From: Chiloscyllium plagiosum
Lineage: Eukaryota
NCBI RefSeq assembly: GCF_004010195.1
Contig: NC_057722.1
Span: 55,394,295 to 55,458,294 of the forward strand
Direction: 5' to 3'
Length of the DNA: 64,000 nt
Positions 27,513 to 40,300 of the stretch are shown in pieces. Each line of letters begins with the position of its first letter. Position 1 is the stretch's first letter. Position numbers and translations under genes: made by a program. Under the pieces are notes generated by a model that did not search any database, had not been told where the DNA came from, and saw nothing but the letters and a program-made list of their open reading frames with translations.

Positions 27513-28377
27513 AAACTGCCAGTTTTTCCCTCTACCCTAAAAAGCAATGTAATCTACAGCCTTCAAGAAAGTGCAAAGTGAGTGAGTGCTAAGAAAGTAA
27601 GTTGCATCATAATATGCTAATACGTGTGTGTGTGTGTCCATGCACATGAAACTTGCACAAGTCATAGGCATCCTTGAGTTCTGAAGTAAGGTCTTAAAGA
27701 GCTGATGTGGGATGTAAGAGGGTCGAAGGACAGGCACAGCGAGTATACCAGTTGATCAAGGTTGCTTCTGCTGGTATCATGACTGCACAAAAGCTGCAGG
27801 CTCTCTCTGAGCTGTGTCCTCCTAGCCTCTGCAGATGCCTGCTGCTTATCCTAGGGGTGCCATTGCCCTGGGATCCGCCTTTGATTTCTTTAGCATGGTA
27901 GCCATAGCTGCCAACATCCCATCAGCAGCTGAGTGCTAGACTATTGGAGGAAATGACCTACATTGGGAACATCAGAAATGAAAGAGGTTCATCGATCTCA
28001 GAGCTGTTGTTTCGGATGGCTTTACCTGCAGATGAAGGCTGAAAATACACTTCCATTCATTAAGGCATATGACCTGTGTTATCAGAAGTTGTATCTCCAT
28101 TATTCATTCATCTTCAGCCTTCATATGTGCAGTAACTTGGTAATATTAGCCTTTGACATCATTAGCCTCATTAAGAATATTACAACAGAGACAGAAAGCT
28201 GAAGCAAAGCATCCTTTCCATCTCTAGATTCACAACACAGTAAAATTAAACCATCAAAAATCATCAATTAGTGATTCCAAAAGTTCCAAACCAGATTTTT
28301 GAATAACCAATCCGAGACTTTGCAAATAATCAATTTTCACACACAAGTTTTGTATCCTAAACAAAAGAAATTAACCA

Positions 28378-28490
28378 TTTGGGCCAGGTGCTGGCAGGTG
28401 GGACTAGATTGGGTTGAGATATCTGGTCAGCATGAATGGGTTGGACCGAAGGGTCTGTTTCCATGTTGTACATCTCTATGAGTCTATGAC
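28378..28490 (+). mobile_element. CR1 3' tail
   Basis: Matches the tail at 20820-20928. Confidence 0.8.
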
Positions 28491-30137
28491 AAGCAGAGAA
28501 AAAAAAAATTGAACAAAACCATAAGCTGATTAATATCTGTTTTAATATCAAAACTTGTATTTTAAGCTCCCAACCTCACAAAAGACTGACAGACAAACAT
28601 AGTTAAAGAATAAATGAAAGAAGATAACAAAACTGGCCAGAGTACTTAAATGTCATTCAGAATGCATTGTTACACAGTCAGAAATATGGAGTCCTTGGCT
28701 GATTTTCTGAAGGATCACCTTCTTCGTTTACCTAGATAAAGGAAATATGACTTCAAACGCAGTTTCAACTCTCTTTGGGCTTCCAGAAGCCAGTGTATTA
28801 CATTAGGCAGGGAGCTTTCAAATCTTCATGCTATCTCAGCAACATCCAGAATTATCTCAGAAAGCATAGTTTAAAAAAAAGACTTAATTCTGGTCCACCC
28901 TGATACACTGATCAACTCCACCTGAAGCTTCTATTGCCATTTAATAATTGTCATCTGCTTCAATATCAGGCCTCTTCCAGACTTGCTGGTATCAATTCCC
29001 AGATACTGACCTCATTAATAACCAATTTCTGCTGTCTGTTTAAATAAAAAGCACTTCCTGGGTTTGGTCAGTCTGTTAAAACCCTTTTAATTAGGGCTCA
29101 GTCTTCAGTTAGCCTCCAGGCCTTACCTCACAAACAAACAAAGCCTATCTGATATGTTCTTTTGCTTTTAATACAAGCTGTCCAAAGCCTATATTCAAGG
29201 AATAATTTCCAATTCAAAATGATTTTAAAAAATGAAATATCAGCAAGGCTCTAACAGGATACCACTGCTAATTTCCACATTATCAGAAGGCAAGTGTTCA
29301 ATTTGGATCTGCCAATGGAATGGTGCAAGTCACCCTTGACAAGCATTTGAACTCATTGCAAATGGTTGTAAATTAAATATAGCTATAGCTTACAAAGGCC
29401 TGCCTCATGTGTTTATCCCTTCACTGTCCTCATATCAAGTAGAAGCAGATCCTGTGTTTTCACCCATCAAACTGATACTAACCCAGCTCACTCTGAGTGT
29501 TCTCTCAGCCATTTTCCAATTGCATTTCACTTCCAGTGATAACATGGAATTCCATCACAGCAAGGAATTCCATCATCACAACTAACCAACATCCACCAAC
29601 TTCCCCACCACTCAGCTTCCATGTCCCTTTTACCATGCACTACCTGACAACCAATTTCCTCCATGTGTCAGATTTTTCTGCTCCTGTCTTCCAGGCAAAG
29701 ATGTCATAAACTCAGTGTAGGTACCCCTGGTCTTAGAAGACATACCTGGCTGAAATGGTAGAAATAGGACCCAGGCTAGAAACCCAAAGGTGAGATTGTG
29801 TGTTAAGGGAATTTTTACGAATAAAAGTTTTAATGCAGTCCCCATCACTAGGTCAGACTTGCATGAGGAAATGCACACAGCCCTGGGTTTTTGAAATTCT
29901 CCGATACTTACAGAATGTTTAACAAGAATAGGTCATCACAGACAGGGTTGCATTTGTTTGGAGACCCGTCATCAGTGTCTGCCAGGTCAAAAACAGAATT
30001 CAGCAATTGGTGCAATCCTTATGGAAGTAAAAAGCCCACCTTCATTGATGTTCAGTGCCATTGAGTTCATGTAGCTCATCTCTGCACAGGCAGAATGAAC
30101 TGAGACTTGGAGGGAAAAAAATCATGTGAGCTTTAAT

Positions 30138-30363
30138 TTTTTTTCTTCTTTTTTTATGCTCAATTTTATTTTTTTATTTTTTTTTCTTCTTTTTTTTTTA
30201 CAGTGAAAGATACAAAGTGCACGAATCTTTATTCAAATTCCACCACCAGGAAGTCAGGAAAACACCCGAGTGGCCAGTGACAAACACTGCCCTTTCTCCT
30301 GGTTTTTTTTTTTCTTTTTTTTTGCAGGTGCGAGACACAAGGTGCACGAATCTTTATTCAATT
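30138..30363 (-). mobile_element. Poly(A)-tailed retrotransposed insert (L1/Tx1-like 3' ends, tandem) with 16-bp TSD
   Basis: tcatgtgagctttaat at 30122-30137 and 30364-30379; two T-tracts, each followed by gtgcacgaatctttattca (AATAAA on the minus strand). Confidence 0.7.
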
Positions 30364-32918
30364 TCATGTGAGCTTTAATGGTGTCCATTAGAGATCTACG
30401 CTATTAATTATAAGATTGAGTATGACTCATAAGACTTTTAGTTGAAAGCAAAGTGGAGATAGCTCACTCCTGACTTTTTCATTGGTGGACAGAGCCATCA
30501 ATTTCACATTCAATTCCAGCCTTAGATTAACGTTTTCGTTTGTTTTCAATTCATAAACATCCAAGTGCCAGCACAAAAAAGGATATTAGTGATTCATACA
30601 CAAGCAATAATTCTGCATATCTACATTATAAAATGTTATTTTTGCTTTAAAACAAAATGAGTCTATCAAAAGTTAGGTAAATAAATGGACTAGAGAGAGG
30701 GACAAATTGATCCATTGCAAGGGTAATGGAGAATTGACTTTGGCATGAACTTGAGAATTTAAAAAGCCTAAGAGATTAATTGAAACAATGTATTTTGCCT
30801 TTTCCAATTCATTTCATTTCGTAAAGATTTCACAATGAAAGGTGTTTTTTAGCTTTGTAATAAATCCTTTCGTTCAAGTAGCATTGAACAGCAATTAGTG
30901 TGTTAGATTTTTTTTTATTGGTTCAGGATTCCAATTAAATTCCAAACAAATGCAGTCAAAGTCACTGATTAAAAGAGCTAATCCTCTTAACAGATGCCAA
31001 GTTCTAGGCACAAGTTCATCCTTTCTCTGTTAATTTGATATAAGGATCATTCATTCTGTGATCACTGATTGCTCCAATTAATTCCAATGTTTCAGCTTTA
31101 TCTCAATGATCTCATTGGTGTTTCATTGTAACTAATTATCTACCTCATTTATTCTCCAGTTTCTGATTAATGGGAGTTTCTAAGCCTTGGTTGAGGCACT
31201 TTCTTCTGAACACAGATTGAAATGAAAGAGGATGAATCTGGAAGAAGACTTCATATTTATCATTTTGGATCCTCCGACTCAACAGATGTCTATGAGCACT
31301 AAATTATAAATAGAGTAAGGAAGCTGGTTGAAAAGAAATGCAGATGATAGGCTCCTGATTTTTCCAATATAAAATTAACTTCTGAATTCAAGTTTTATTG
31401 TACTGTTCCTGAAATGTGTGAAAGAGCGTGTTCTTTCAAATTTTAGTTGCCGAGTGTCTCCATCTGACATCAGGGTACAATATAGAAATGAAAGCCTGAA
31501 TACAATTAATTGGATTTAAGGAATGTTATGGCTGAAAATAATCTTAAAGCTCTTGCTGAATTTCTGTTCCTGCCCACACAAACAAAAATGTTTAAATGGA
31601 TCACACTTAGATCCCACCGGCTCAACAGCTTCTACTGAGAAGAGAGAGCTGGTCAGTGCTGATGTACAGAAACTGCCCACTGGTTATCAGATGAAGGCTT
31701 TTGGTAACCTTAGTGAGACAATAGGGAGGAAATATCTCAGGAACATATGCTCAACTAAGGTATACAAAAACAAAATAGTGTAGATTCTAATAATCATAAA
31801 TGAGCACAAAATAACTTGGATGAGTGCAGGAATCATCAGCTGAGAGCAATGGAGTTAATGTTTCAGACCATAATCTTTTTTCACAGCTGAAGGAAAATAG
31901 AAATGTAAGGGATATTGAAGGCAGAAGAAGAGTGTGATGGGCAGAAAGCACAGTGTAGAATGCTTGTGAGAGCGTGGAGAACAGGGGTGATTATGCAACA
32001 AAGAATTTCATGGTGCAACTACCAAAGTGTGTGGTATTGGATGCAGTAAATAAATATTGGAAATAAATCAATAAACGTTCTGTCCAAATGAGCTGTGAAT
32101 TGTTGCATCAAAACCATCTGAATGCAACATTAGGACTGTCTATTGCTGCCTGTGGAGAACTCTGAGGAAAAGCATAAGTTGGAGACACTCTATAAGGACA
32201 GCAAAAAAAATGGTGTCCACAACTACCAGACCATCACTGTGGAAAAGGCCTTCCCACCCCACAGACTGCTTGTAGGAGCAAATTACTGCAGACGTTGGAA
32301 TCTGTACTGGAAACAAAACATGCTGGAGGTCAGGTAGCATCCATGGAGACAAAGAAAACTAACTCTTTGAATCTAGATGATGCTTCATCAGAGCTCTGTC
32401 AAGTGTTTAGCAGCTACAGTTGTGACCCTCTTGCATTCCCAGGTCTGGATAAGGGGCACCAATATGTTATACGGTAGGTAGTTGATGTTAATCTCATCCC
32501 AGTCCCAACAAAATCAGTTTGAGGTGAGTATATACTGTCTACCACACGTTTAGGTGCACTTCAGTGCAGGATTTTCTAAAGTTACTGCCATCTCCCTGCA
32601 GCTGACCATTTTCTAGGCTACCAGTCACCCATTTGAGAGATCTATTATTTATAAAAGTCTGGTCAGGCACAATTGGGCGATTCTTAGGGTGATTGAATAC
32701 TTTAATTTTACAATGTTGTGAACCCAGTGATAGAAAGGCTGATTTGATTTGACTTAGCCTTAGTCATAATAATGTGAAAATTTGGTCCAATCTTAGACTG
32801 CCAAATGAACTAGGAATAAATGAAACAAAACCACAAGTTTATATTATCAATGATTCTCTTTATTTTACTTTGTGACTGATAAGCATTTCTGAAGTGGACT
32901 ATAAGGTAGCACATTAAC

Positions 32919-33011
32919 CTATTCGTTATACTGTGCAATGACACCTGTTGTTCCATTATTCTGCACTGTTCCACATTTTACAATATAATCATTTTCATCG
33001 CAGTCGTAATC
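32919..33011 (-). CDS. Candidate alternative terminal exon of paralog B
   Basis: Acceptor cgctttcag, then phase-0 DYDCDENDYIVKCGTVQNNGTTGVIAQYNE*. AATAAA (minus strand) lies at 32859-32864, and the downstream sequence is a diverged copy of the exon 7 3' UTR. Confidence 0.4.
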   Translation of the reverse strand, partial: DYDCDENDYIVKCGTVQNNGTTGVIAQYNE

Positions 33012-34227
33012 CTGAAAGCGTGTCAAATCCATGATTATTTATGTGAAATTATTTTATGTATACGCATGATGAGGTTTATGCAAATCAAAAGCAACTATGA
33101 GGAATTAATCAAATAAGCTAGAGGTATTTGCTATATTTTTGCCAGCACCCAAGCAACAAAGTCCAAACTTAACCTGATGGCATTGAGATGCTCATTATTC
33201 TTTTATTTTTCATTGTTTTAATTCTGGTAGAATTGAGGTTGAAGTTTGAACAGCTGCAAGCTTTAGAAAGAGAAGAAAACCAACATGAATATTGCTGTTG
33301 GTGGCTGGCCTGGAAGATAATGCAATTTAATTTCTAATCTAAGGAACACTGGACAATGTGACACCATATGTTGCCATGTCCAGGGCCGGCAGCTAGGTAG
33401 GGGTTGAGCTGCTCAGTCAAAGGAGTATTGATGTTAACCAGAAAACTACAAAGATTATTGATTTTGTTTTTTAAAAAAGAAGAGATAAGTAAATCAGTTT
33501 TAAATGGTTTTGCCAGATGCAGAATGATTTTAGAAGGATTGGCTGCTGCTTTTTTTCACTCTCTAGTTTTATATCAAGTTAAAGAATTGTTGAATGTTCT
33601 GAGAAATGAATCATAGTCTGTAAGAACTAAATACCTAGTATTGGAAGCATAATACAATTACTCACATTCTGTGGTGACTTTGAAATTAGGTACACAGTTA
33701 CATGTTTGTGATTAGCTTATTTTCCAAGGATTACATGAAGGCTTAGCATCCATTGATTGAAATTGTTGTGTTTGAATTGACATTATATATCCTTTTGTTA
33801 TCTTCTTAATTTATCCCTTAAATGTGACAGTCATTCTGCCTGACTGTAAGTAGGGATGTGACAGAATTGTTTAAATTATACATATTAGTCAGATTACCTT
33901 GTTGTTTAGCTTTGTCCTACTAAAATAGAAATATTAATCGAGTAACTTTTGTTTACATTATAAACTCGGTCTCCAAGATCTATTATTAGTAAAAGTTTAA
34001 TCAGGAACAATTTGGTAATTACTAGATCATTGAATATTTTAATTTCACCATGTTGTGAATCCAGCAATAGAAAGACAGATTTGGTTTGGCTCTTACCCTT
34101 AATCATAACAATGTGAGAATTTGGTCCAATCTCTGACTGCCAAAATGACAAGGAATAAATGAAACAAAGTCCAGTCAATCAAGGTTGGTTGCTTTCATGG
34201 TGTTTCGAAGACTCTGATAAGTATTGG

Positions 34228-34374
34228 TTAAATCTTTGGCAAGGGCTTCCATGTCTTTCCTGGGCATTTAGGAAATACCAGACGATCTGTGACTTGTTCC
34301 GTTTGTTCCTGTAGTAATTCTGAGACACCAAATGGCCCCCAACCCACGTATTGAAATGCATCAAACATTGGTGT
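34228..34374 (-). CDS. kng1: Paralog B exon 7 (kinin-like segment and C-terminal CPG motif, stop)
   Basis: ttcatag|TPMFDAFQYVGWGPFGVSELLQEQTEQVTDRLVFPKCPGKTWKPLPKI*; 147 nt. Confidence 0.85.
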   Translation of the reverse strand, partial: TPMFDAFQYVGWGPFGVSELLQEQTEQVTDRLVFPKCPGKTWKPLPKI

Positions 34375-37300
34375 CTATGAAGTAACAGATTTAAAGTTAA
34401 TTAACTACCCTTGAAATCCATCAACAATTACAATAGGTTGCACACCATAGACAACTTGTACATTGTTCTCAGATGCTTGACAAATACTGTCAATAATAAA
34501 ATATTTATCATTATTCCTGATGTGAAAAATTTATCTAAAGATCTGATGGCATTCATTATCAACCTTCAATGTGGAGGGAGGACTTCCTTTGTTGGCTATT
34601 TATAATGAAATTGTAAGCTCATCTGTGAACAATGGGTTTATAGTTAACATGCCTGGGTTAAAATGTTAGTCAAAGGTGGTTTGCATAATCCCTGGGTCCT
34701 TGAAAATTGAACACTAGCATCTCAATGATGCTGAAGTTAGTGGCAATGAGTTAACAAGAGGCCAAATATTAGTCAAAGACAACCCATCAGCAAGTGACTG
34801 CATATACTAAGGCAGAAGCTAAATGATGAATGGGCCTTGTTATTGAGGTCCAGCAAGCCTCACTTTATGGAGGAGTATGTTCAGCTGTTATCTGCAGGGT
34901 ATGCCACCATGACTGCTCTGACAATTAAAAACCTCTTTCACCCCTTATACTGCCAATGGGTTTCACTTCCACTGATAAATCTATGCCCAGCCGCTGGTGG
35001 AATGTTGCAGACTATGGCTGATGGATACAGGAGGATCCAGGCTAGCAGCAAACCCAGGAACAATGACACACCAACTCAAAGGACGAGGAGCACTCAGCTC
35101 AGGCAGAGAGGATAGACTCATGGGCCACTCAGGATACATGAGGCGGATGGGTATTTTGGCTCTAACTCTATTTTTCCTGGACATAAATGAAGAAGCTCTT
35201 CCTATCTATGACAGAGCTCAGCTATATTGGGGGTTAGATCAAAGCTAGGTGCAGCAGACCGTCTTGGAACGTCACTTGGCCATCAATGTCAGCATTTGTT
35301 TTAAATTGTGGAGATGACTTACTAACCCCATACTTTCTGTTTGCTTTTAGCAGCTACAAATGAAAGGTCATTTTTGAGTCTGTCCAATTGACCAGCTATA
35401 TCTGATGTTCCCCTACTGGACCATGACAAGATGCAGGTCTCCAGTGGGTATGGGGACAGGGTAACAGTGACCTTGAAAGGGTTTTCAGATGAGATGTAGC
35501 CAAGATAAACTGTGTGAGCTGATGGTTAAACAGTGACTAGGGTGAGAGAATATCAGCCATGCAGGCTATGTGCCATAAGCAGCTTTACGAATGCTGTGAA
35601 GACCAATGATGGATTGCCATTGTTTGACAAGGTGCACAGTGGCTTTTTAAAGATGGCTCTAGAGGGATCCAGGGTTACTGGTTGTTCAGGGATAACCATA
35701 CAGAGAAAGGTTAATCTGGGAACAGTGAGCAATAAGATTGATGAGAATCAGGCATGAGGACCACCATGAGGCAAGGAAGGGAATTAATGAAGCTCAAGCA
35801 CAGATTTAACGTTTCAAGTACAATCTGACTCTTCTGCAGAAGTTTTCTCAAGTTCTGAAAAAGAGGTCATACCAGATTTTAAGCATCAACTATGTTTCTC
35901 TCTCCACAGATGCTGTCAGACCATTTGCGGTATTTAGCTTTTAGTTAATGAAGTGAAATTGAGTAAGAAGTCTCATTGGGATGGTAAGAAGCCTTCCAAA
36001 AAAAACTCAATACAACTTCCACTTAGCCAAAAACACACAAGATTTGCTCCAATAAGTTTCTTTAAACTTCAGACTTATTAGAATTGGAAGCAATTTGTTT
36101 CTAGATTAGAGTGGTGCTGGAAAAGCACAGCAGGTCAAGCAGCATCCAAGGAGCAGAAAAATTGATGTTTCGGGCAAAAGTTTTTGCCCAAAATGTCATT
36201 TTTCCTACTCCTCGGATGCTGCCTAACCTGCCGTGCTTTTCCAGCATCACTCTAATCTAGACTCTGATCTCCAGCATCTGCAGTCCTCACTTTTGCCTAG
36301 CAATTTGTTTCTGACTAGCTGGCAATTAACTAGTAGTAATCAGCTTGTGAAAATAATTATAAATACAGAAGGCCCTCAAATATCCAAATATCAGATTATC
36401 CGAACGAGATCTCGAGGTCCCGATAGAAACATTATATCAAAGACGTGTTCCAATATTGATCGCGCCTTTTGTTTACAGTGATTAAAAATGAACTCGGCTC
36501 ACTGAAATGCTGCTGAGAATAGTCCTGGACTTTGGTGGGAGCCCAAGCACCGTCTCCAAATGACTTACCTCCCACCCTGTCTCTCTCCCCCCACACTCTC
36601 CCTGGAGTTCTACACAGGCTTGTTCCCTATACCCCCTTCCCCAGGTAATCTCTCCAACATTGTCCAGTACAGGGCAAAGGTGGAACCTGTCAAAAAGTTG
36701 CAGTCAAACGTTGTATGCGTGTGTGTATGTGGAGGGGGTGGGGGGAGTGGTGTTGGACGGGGTAGCACATGGGGGCAGAGCTGGATGGGGGGCAGGTGGG
36801 GGGTTGGTCTTGCATGGGGTTGGGGATGGTGTTGGACAAGCGGGCGGGTGGGAGGGGCGGTGTTGGACGGAGGGCGGGCAGGGGGGGAAGCGGCTCGCGC
36901 ACAGTGTGGTGCTGCCTAGTCTCCTGAACGGGAATCAGACTTAACAGAGAACACCGAGCCCCAGAGGAAAGGCATTGAATCAATTAACCGAATAATCAAT
37001 TATCCAAACAAAATAGTGCCCGCCCATCTCGTTCGGATAATCGAGGTTCTTCTGTAGATCATTTTCAAATGCTGGTTAAAAATCTAATTGATAATATATG
37101 GAGTTTAACACATTAGGGAAAGAATAAATTTTAAAATTACCGGAAATGGCTCATAGGTACAGGTTATATCCACCGCTGTGTAATTCATCCAAATCTGCGT
37201 TATTACTTCTGAGTGGCAGAACATCTATAACACAAAACACATGATCATTTAACCTCAAAAAAGTAAAGATTTTAGGTTTCCCAGTTAATACATCTGTTAT

Positions 37301-40300
37301 TTATGTTCAATGGGCAATTAGGAAGGCAAATGCAATGTTAGCATTCATTTGAAAAGAATTAGAGTGCAAGAGCAGAGATGCACTGCTGAGGCTGTACAAG
37401 ACTCTGGTCAGACTGGATTTGGAATATTGTGAGCAGTTTTGGGTGTCATATATAAGGAAAGATATGTTGGCATTGGACAGGGTCCAGAGGAGGTTTACAA
37501 GAATGATCCCAGGGATGAAAGGCTTGTTATATGAGATGGGATTGAGGACTCTGGGTCTGCATTCAATGGAGTTTAGAAGGATGAAGGGGATTTGATTGAA
37601 ACTTACTAATCACTGAGGCTTGGATAGAGTTAATGTGGAGAATGTCTCCTATGAGAGACTAGGATCCAAGGCACAGCCTCAGAATGAACAGGCGACCCTT
37701 TAGAACTGAGATGAGGAGGACCTTTTGGAAAACATTGCCACAGATTACTGTGGAGGCCAAGTCATTTAAGACAGAGATAGATATTTTCTTGATTAGTAAG
37801 GAGTTCAAGTATTACGGGGAGAAGACAGGGGAATGGGATTGAGAAACGTATCATTGAGAATGGTGGAGCAGACTTGGTGAGGCCAAATGGTCTAATTCTG
37901 TTCCCATATCTTATGGTCTTATGCTGTCTTAGTGAACTTGTTGATTTATAAAGCTTTAATAATTATTGAAATTGCAATTCCCCACATACTAGATGACAGT
38001 ATTAACCTCCATAAAATTACTCCACTAAGTTTACCTGTGGATAAATTGCTATTACAAGACAAAAACGTACTACACTCATATGAAATTCTACTATGCATTA
38101 CTTTCACAGAAGAAATGGCATTGCTTTTTTAACCCTTTCATACCAAGATAAAATGATTCAGTACGATAGCATGATGACCTTAGCTTCTACACTGAGAAAG
38201 TATGACTCATAATATTTATTACACCAGCAACAGTGTTATTTTTCAGTTTCAGTTATTTCCTATATCTCCCCGAATGGCACCCATGAAATTATCTGTACGG
38301 TGGAGGAAATCACAGCGTCAATAAGGAAATGAGGCTTGTCGACACGACCTTTATTCTGCTTCACCCACATCACTCACTTTCAATGTGAAAAGGCCATTAG
38401 TCACCCAATTACTGTTCCTCCCCAAAGTCTAATTACAGAGCCTTCTGCAACTAAGAGTCAGTTAGCTTTAGTCCCCGGGATAATAGTAAGATGGAAAATT
38501 ATAGGCCAATTAGCCTAACCTCGGTTGTTGGTAAAATTCTAGAATCCATCATTAAGGATGAGGTTTCTAAATTCTTGGAATTGCAGGGTCGGATTAGAAC
38601 AAGTCAGCATGGATTTAGTAAGGGGAGGTCGTGCCTGACAAACCTGTTGGAATTCTTTGAAGAGGTGACCAGGGAAACCCAGTAGATGTGAGGTAAAAAC
38701 AATGACTGCAGATGCTGGAAACCAGATTCTGGATTAGTGGTGCTGGAAGAGCACAGCAGTTCAGGCAGCATCCAAGGAGCTTCAAAATCGACGTTTCAGA
38801 AGGGCTTTTGCCCGAAACGTAGATTTCGAAGCTCCTTGGATGCTGCTTGAACTGCTGTGCTCTTCCAGCACCACTAATCCAGAACCCAGTGGATGTGGTC
38901 TATCTAGACTTCCAAAAGGCCTTTGATAAGGTGCCACACAGGAGGCTGCTCAGCAAGGTGAGGGCCCATGGTGTTCGAGGTGAGCTACTGGTATGGATTG
39001 AGGATTGGCTGTCTGACAGAAGGCAGAGAGTTGGGATAAAAGGTTCTTTTTCGGAATGGCAGCCGGTGACAAGCGGTGTCCCGCAGGGTTCAGTGTTGGG
39101 GCCGCAGCTGTTCACGTTATAAATTAATGATCTGGATGAAGGGACTGGGGGCATTCTAGCGAAGTTTGCCGATGATACAAAGTTAGGTTGGCAGGCAGTG
39201 AGGAAGTGGGTAGGCTGCAGAAGGATCTAGACAGTTTGGGAGAGTGGGTCCAGGAAATGGCGGATGGAATTCAATGTGAGCAAATGCGAGGTTTTGCACT
39301 TTGGAAAACCATTTCTAAATGGTGAGAAAATTCATAAAGCCAAAGTACAAAGGGATCTGGGAGTGCTAGTCGAGGATTCTCTAAAGGTAAACATGCAGGT
39401 TGAGTCCGTGATTAAGAAAGCGAATGCAATGTTGTCATTTATCTCAAGAGGGTTGGAATATAAAAGCACCGTTGTGCTACTGAGATTTTATAAAGCTCTG
39501 GTTAGGCCCCATTTGAAGTACTGTGTCCAGTTTTGGTCCCCACACCTCAGGAAGGAAATACTGGCAATGGAGTGTGTCCAACGGAGATTCACACGGATGA
39601 TCCCTNNNNNAGACTAGGACCCGTGGGCACAGCCTTAGAATTAGAGGGGGTAAATTCAGAACAGAAATGCGGAGACATTTCTTCAGCCAGAGAGTGGTGG
39701 GCCTGTGGAATTCATTGCCACAGAGTGCAGTGGAGGCCGGGACGCTAAACATCTTCAAGGCAGAGATTGATAAATTCTTGAAGTCGCAAGGAATTAAGGG
39801 CTACGGGGAGAATGCGGGTAAGTGGAGTTAAAATGCCCATCAGCCATGATTGAATGGCAGAGTGGACTCGATGGGCCGAATGGCCTTACTTCCACTCCTA
39901 TGTCTTATGGTCTTATGGACCCACAAACCTTCCTTTTCAGATTGAACTATGTAAAGCCTATTCCAAGTTTTAAAAATAAATGTATTGACTCCGATATTCT
40001 TGGAAAAGGCAAGTTGAAAATGTATTCATAACATGTCATAATTGAGTTAAATTGAGTTCTCACTACAATGATTTTTGACAGGATATTTTTAGGAAAAGCT
40101 AAAAGACTCCTAAATTGGCTATCATTGACGAAGGAACAGAATTTAGGTGCACTAAAGTAGGTTGTCCATGGATAAAGTGATTTACTAAATTGAAAATATG
40201 GCAACTCAGATCTTACTAAGTTAGCTTTACCCAGAACTTGGAAGCTTTTATCAATTGACAGCTCAGCCATCTGATCTACCACTAAAGCAAAGCAAGAAAT

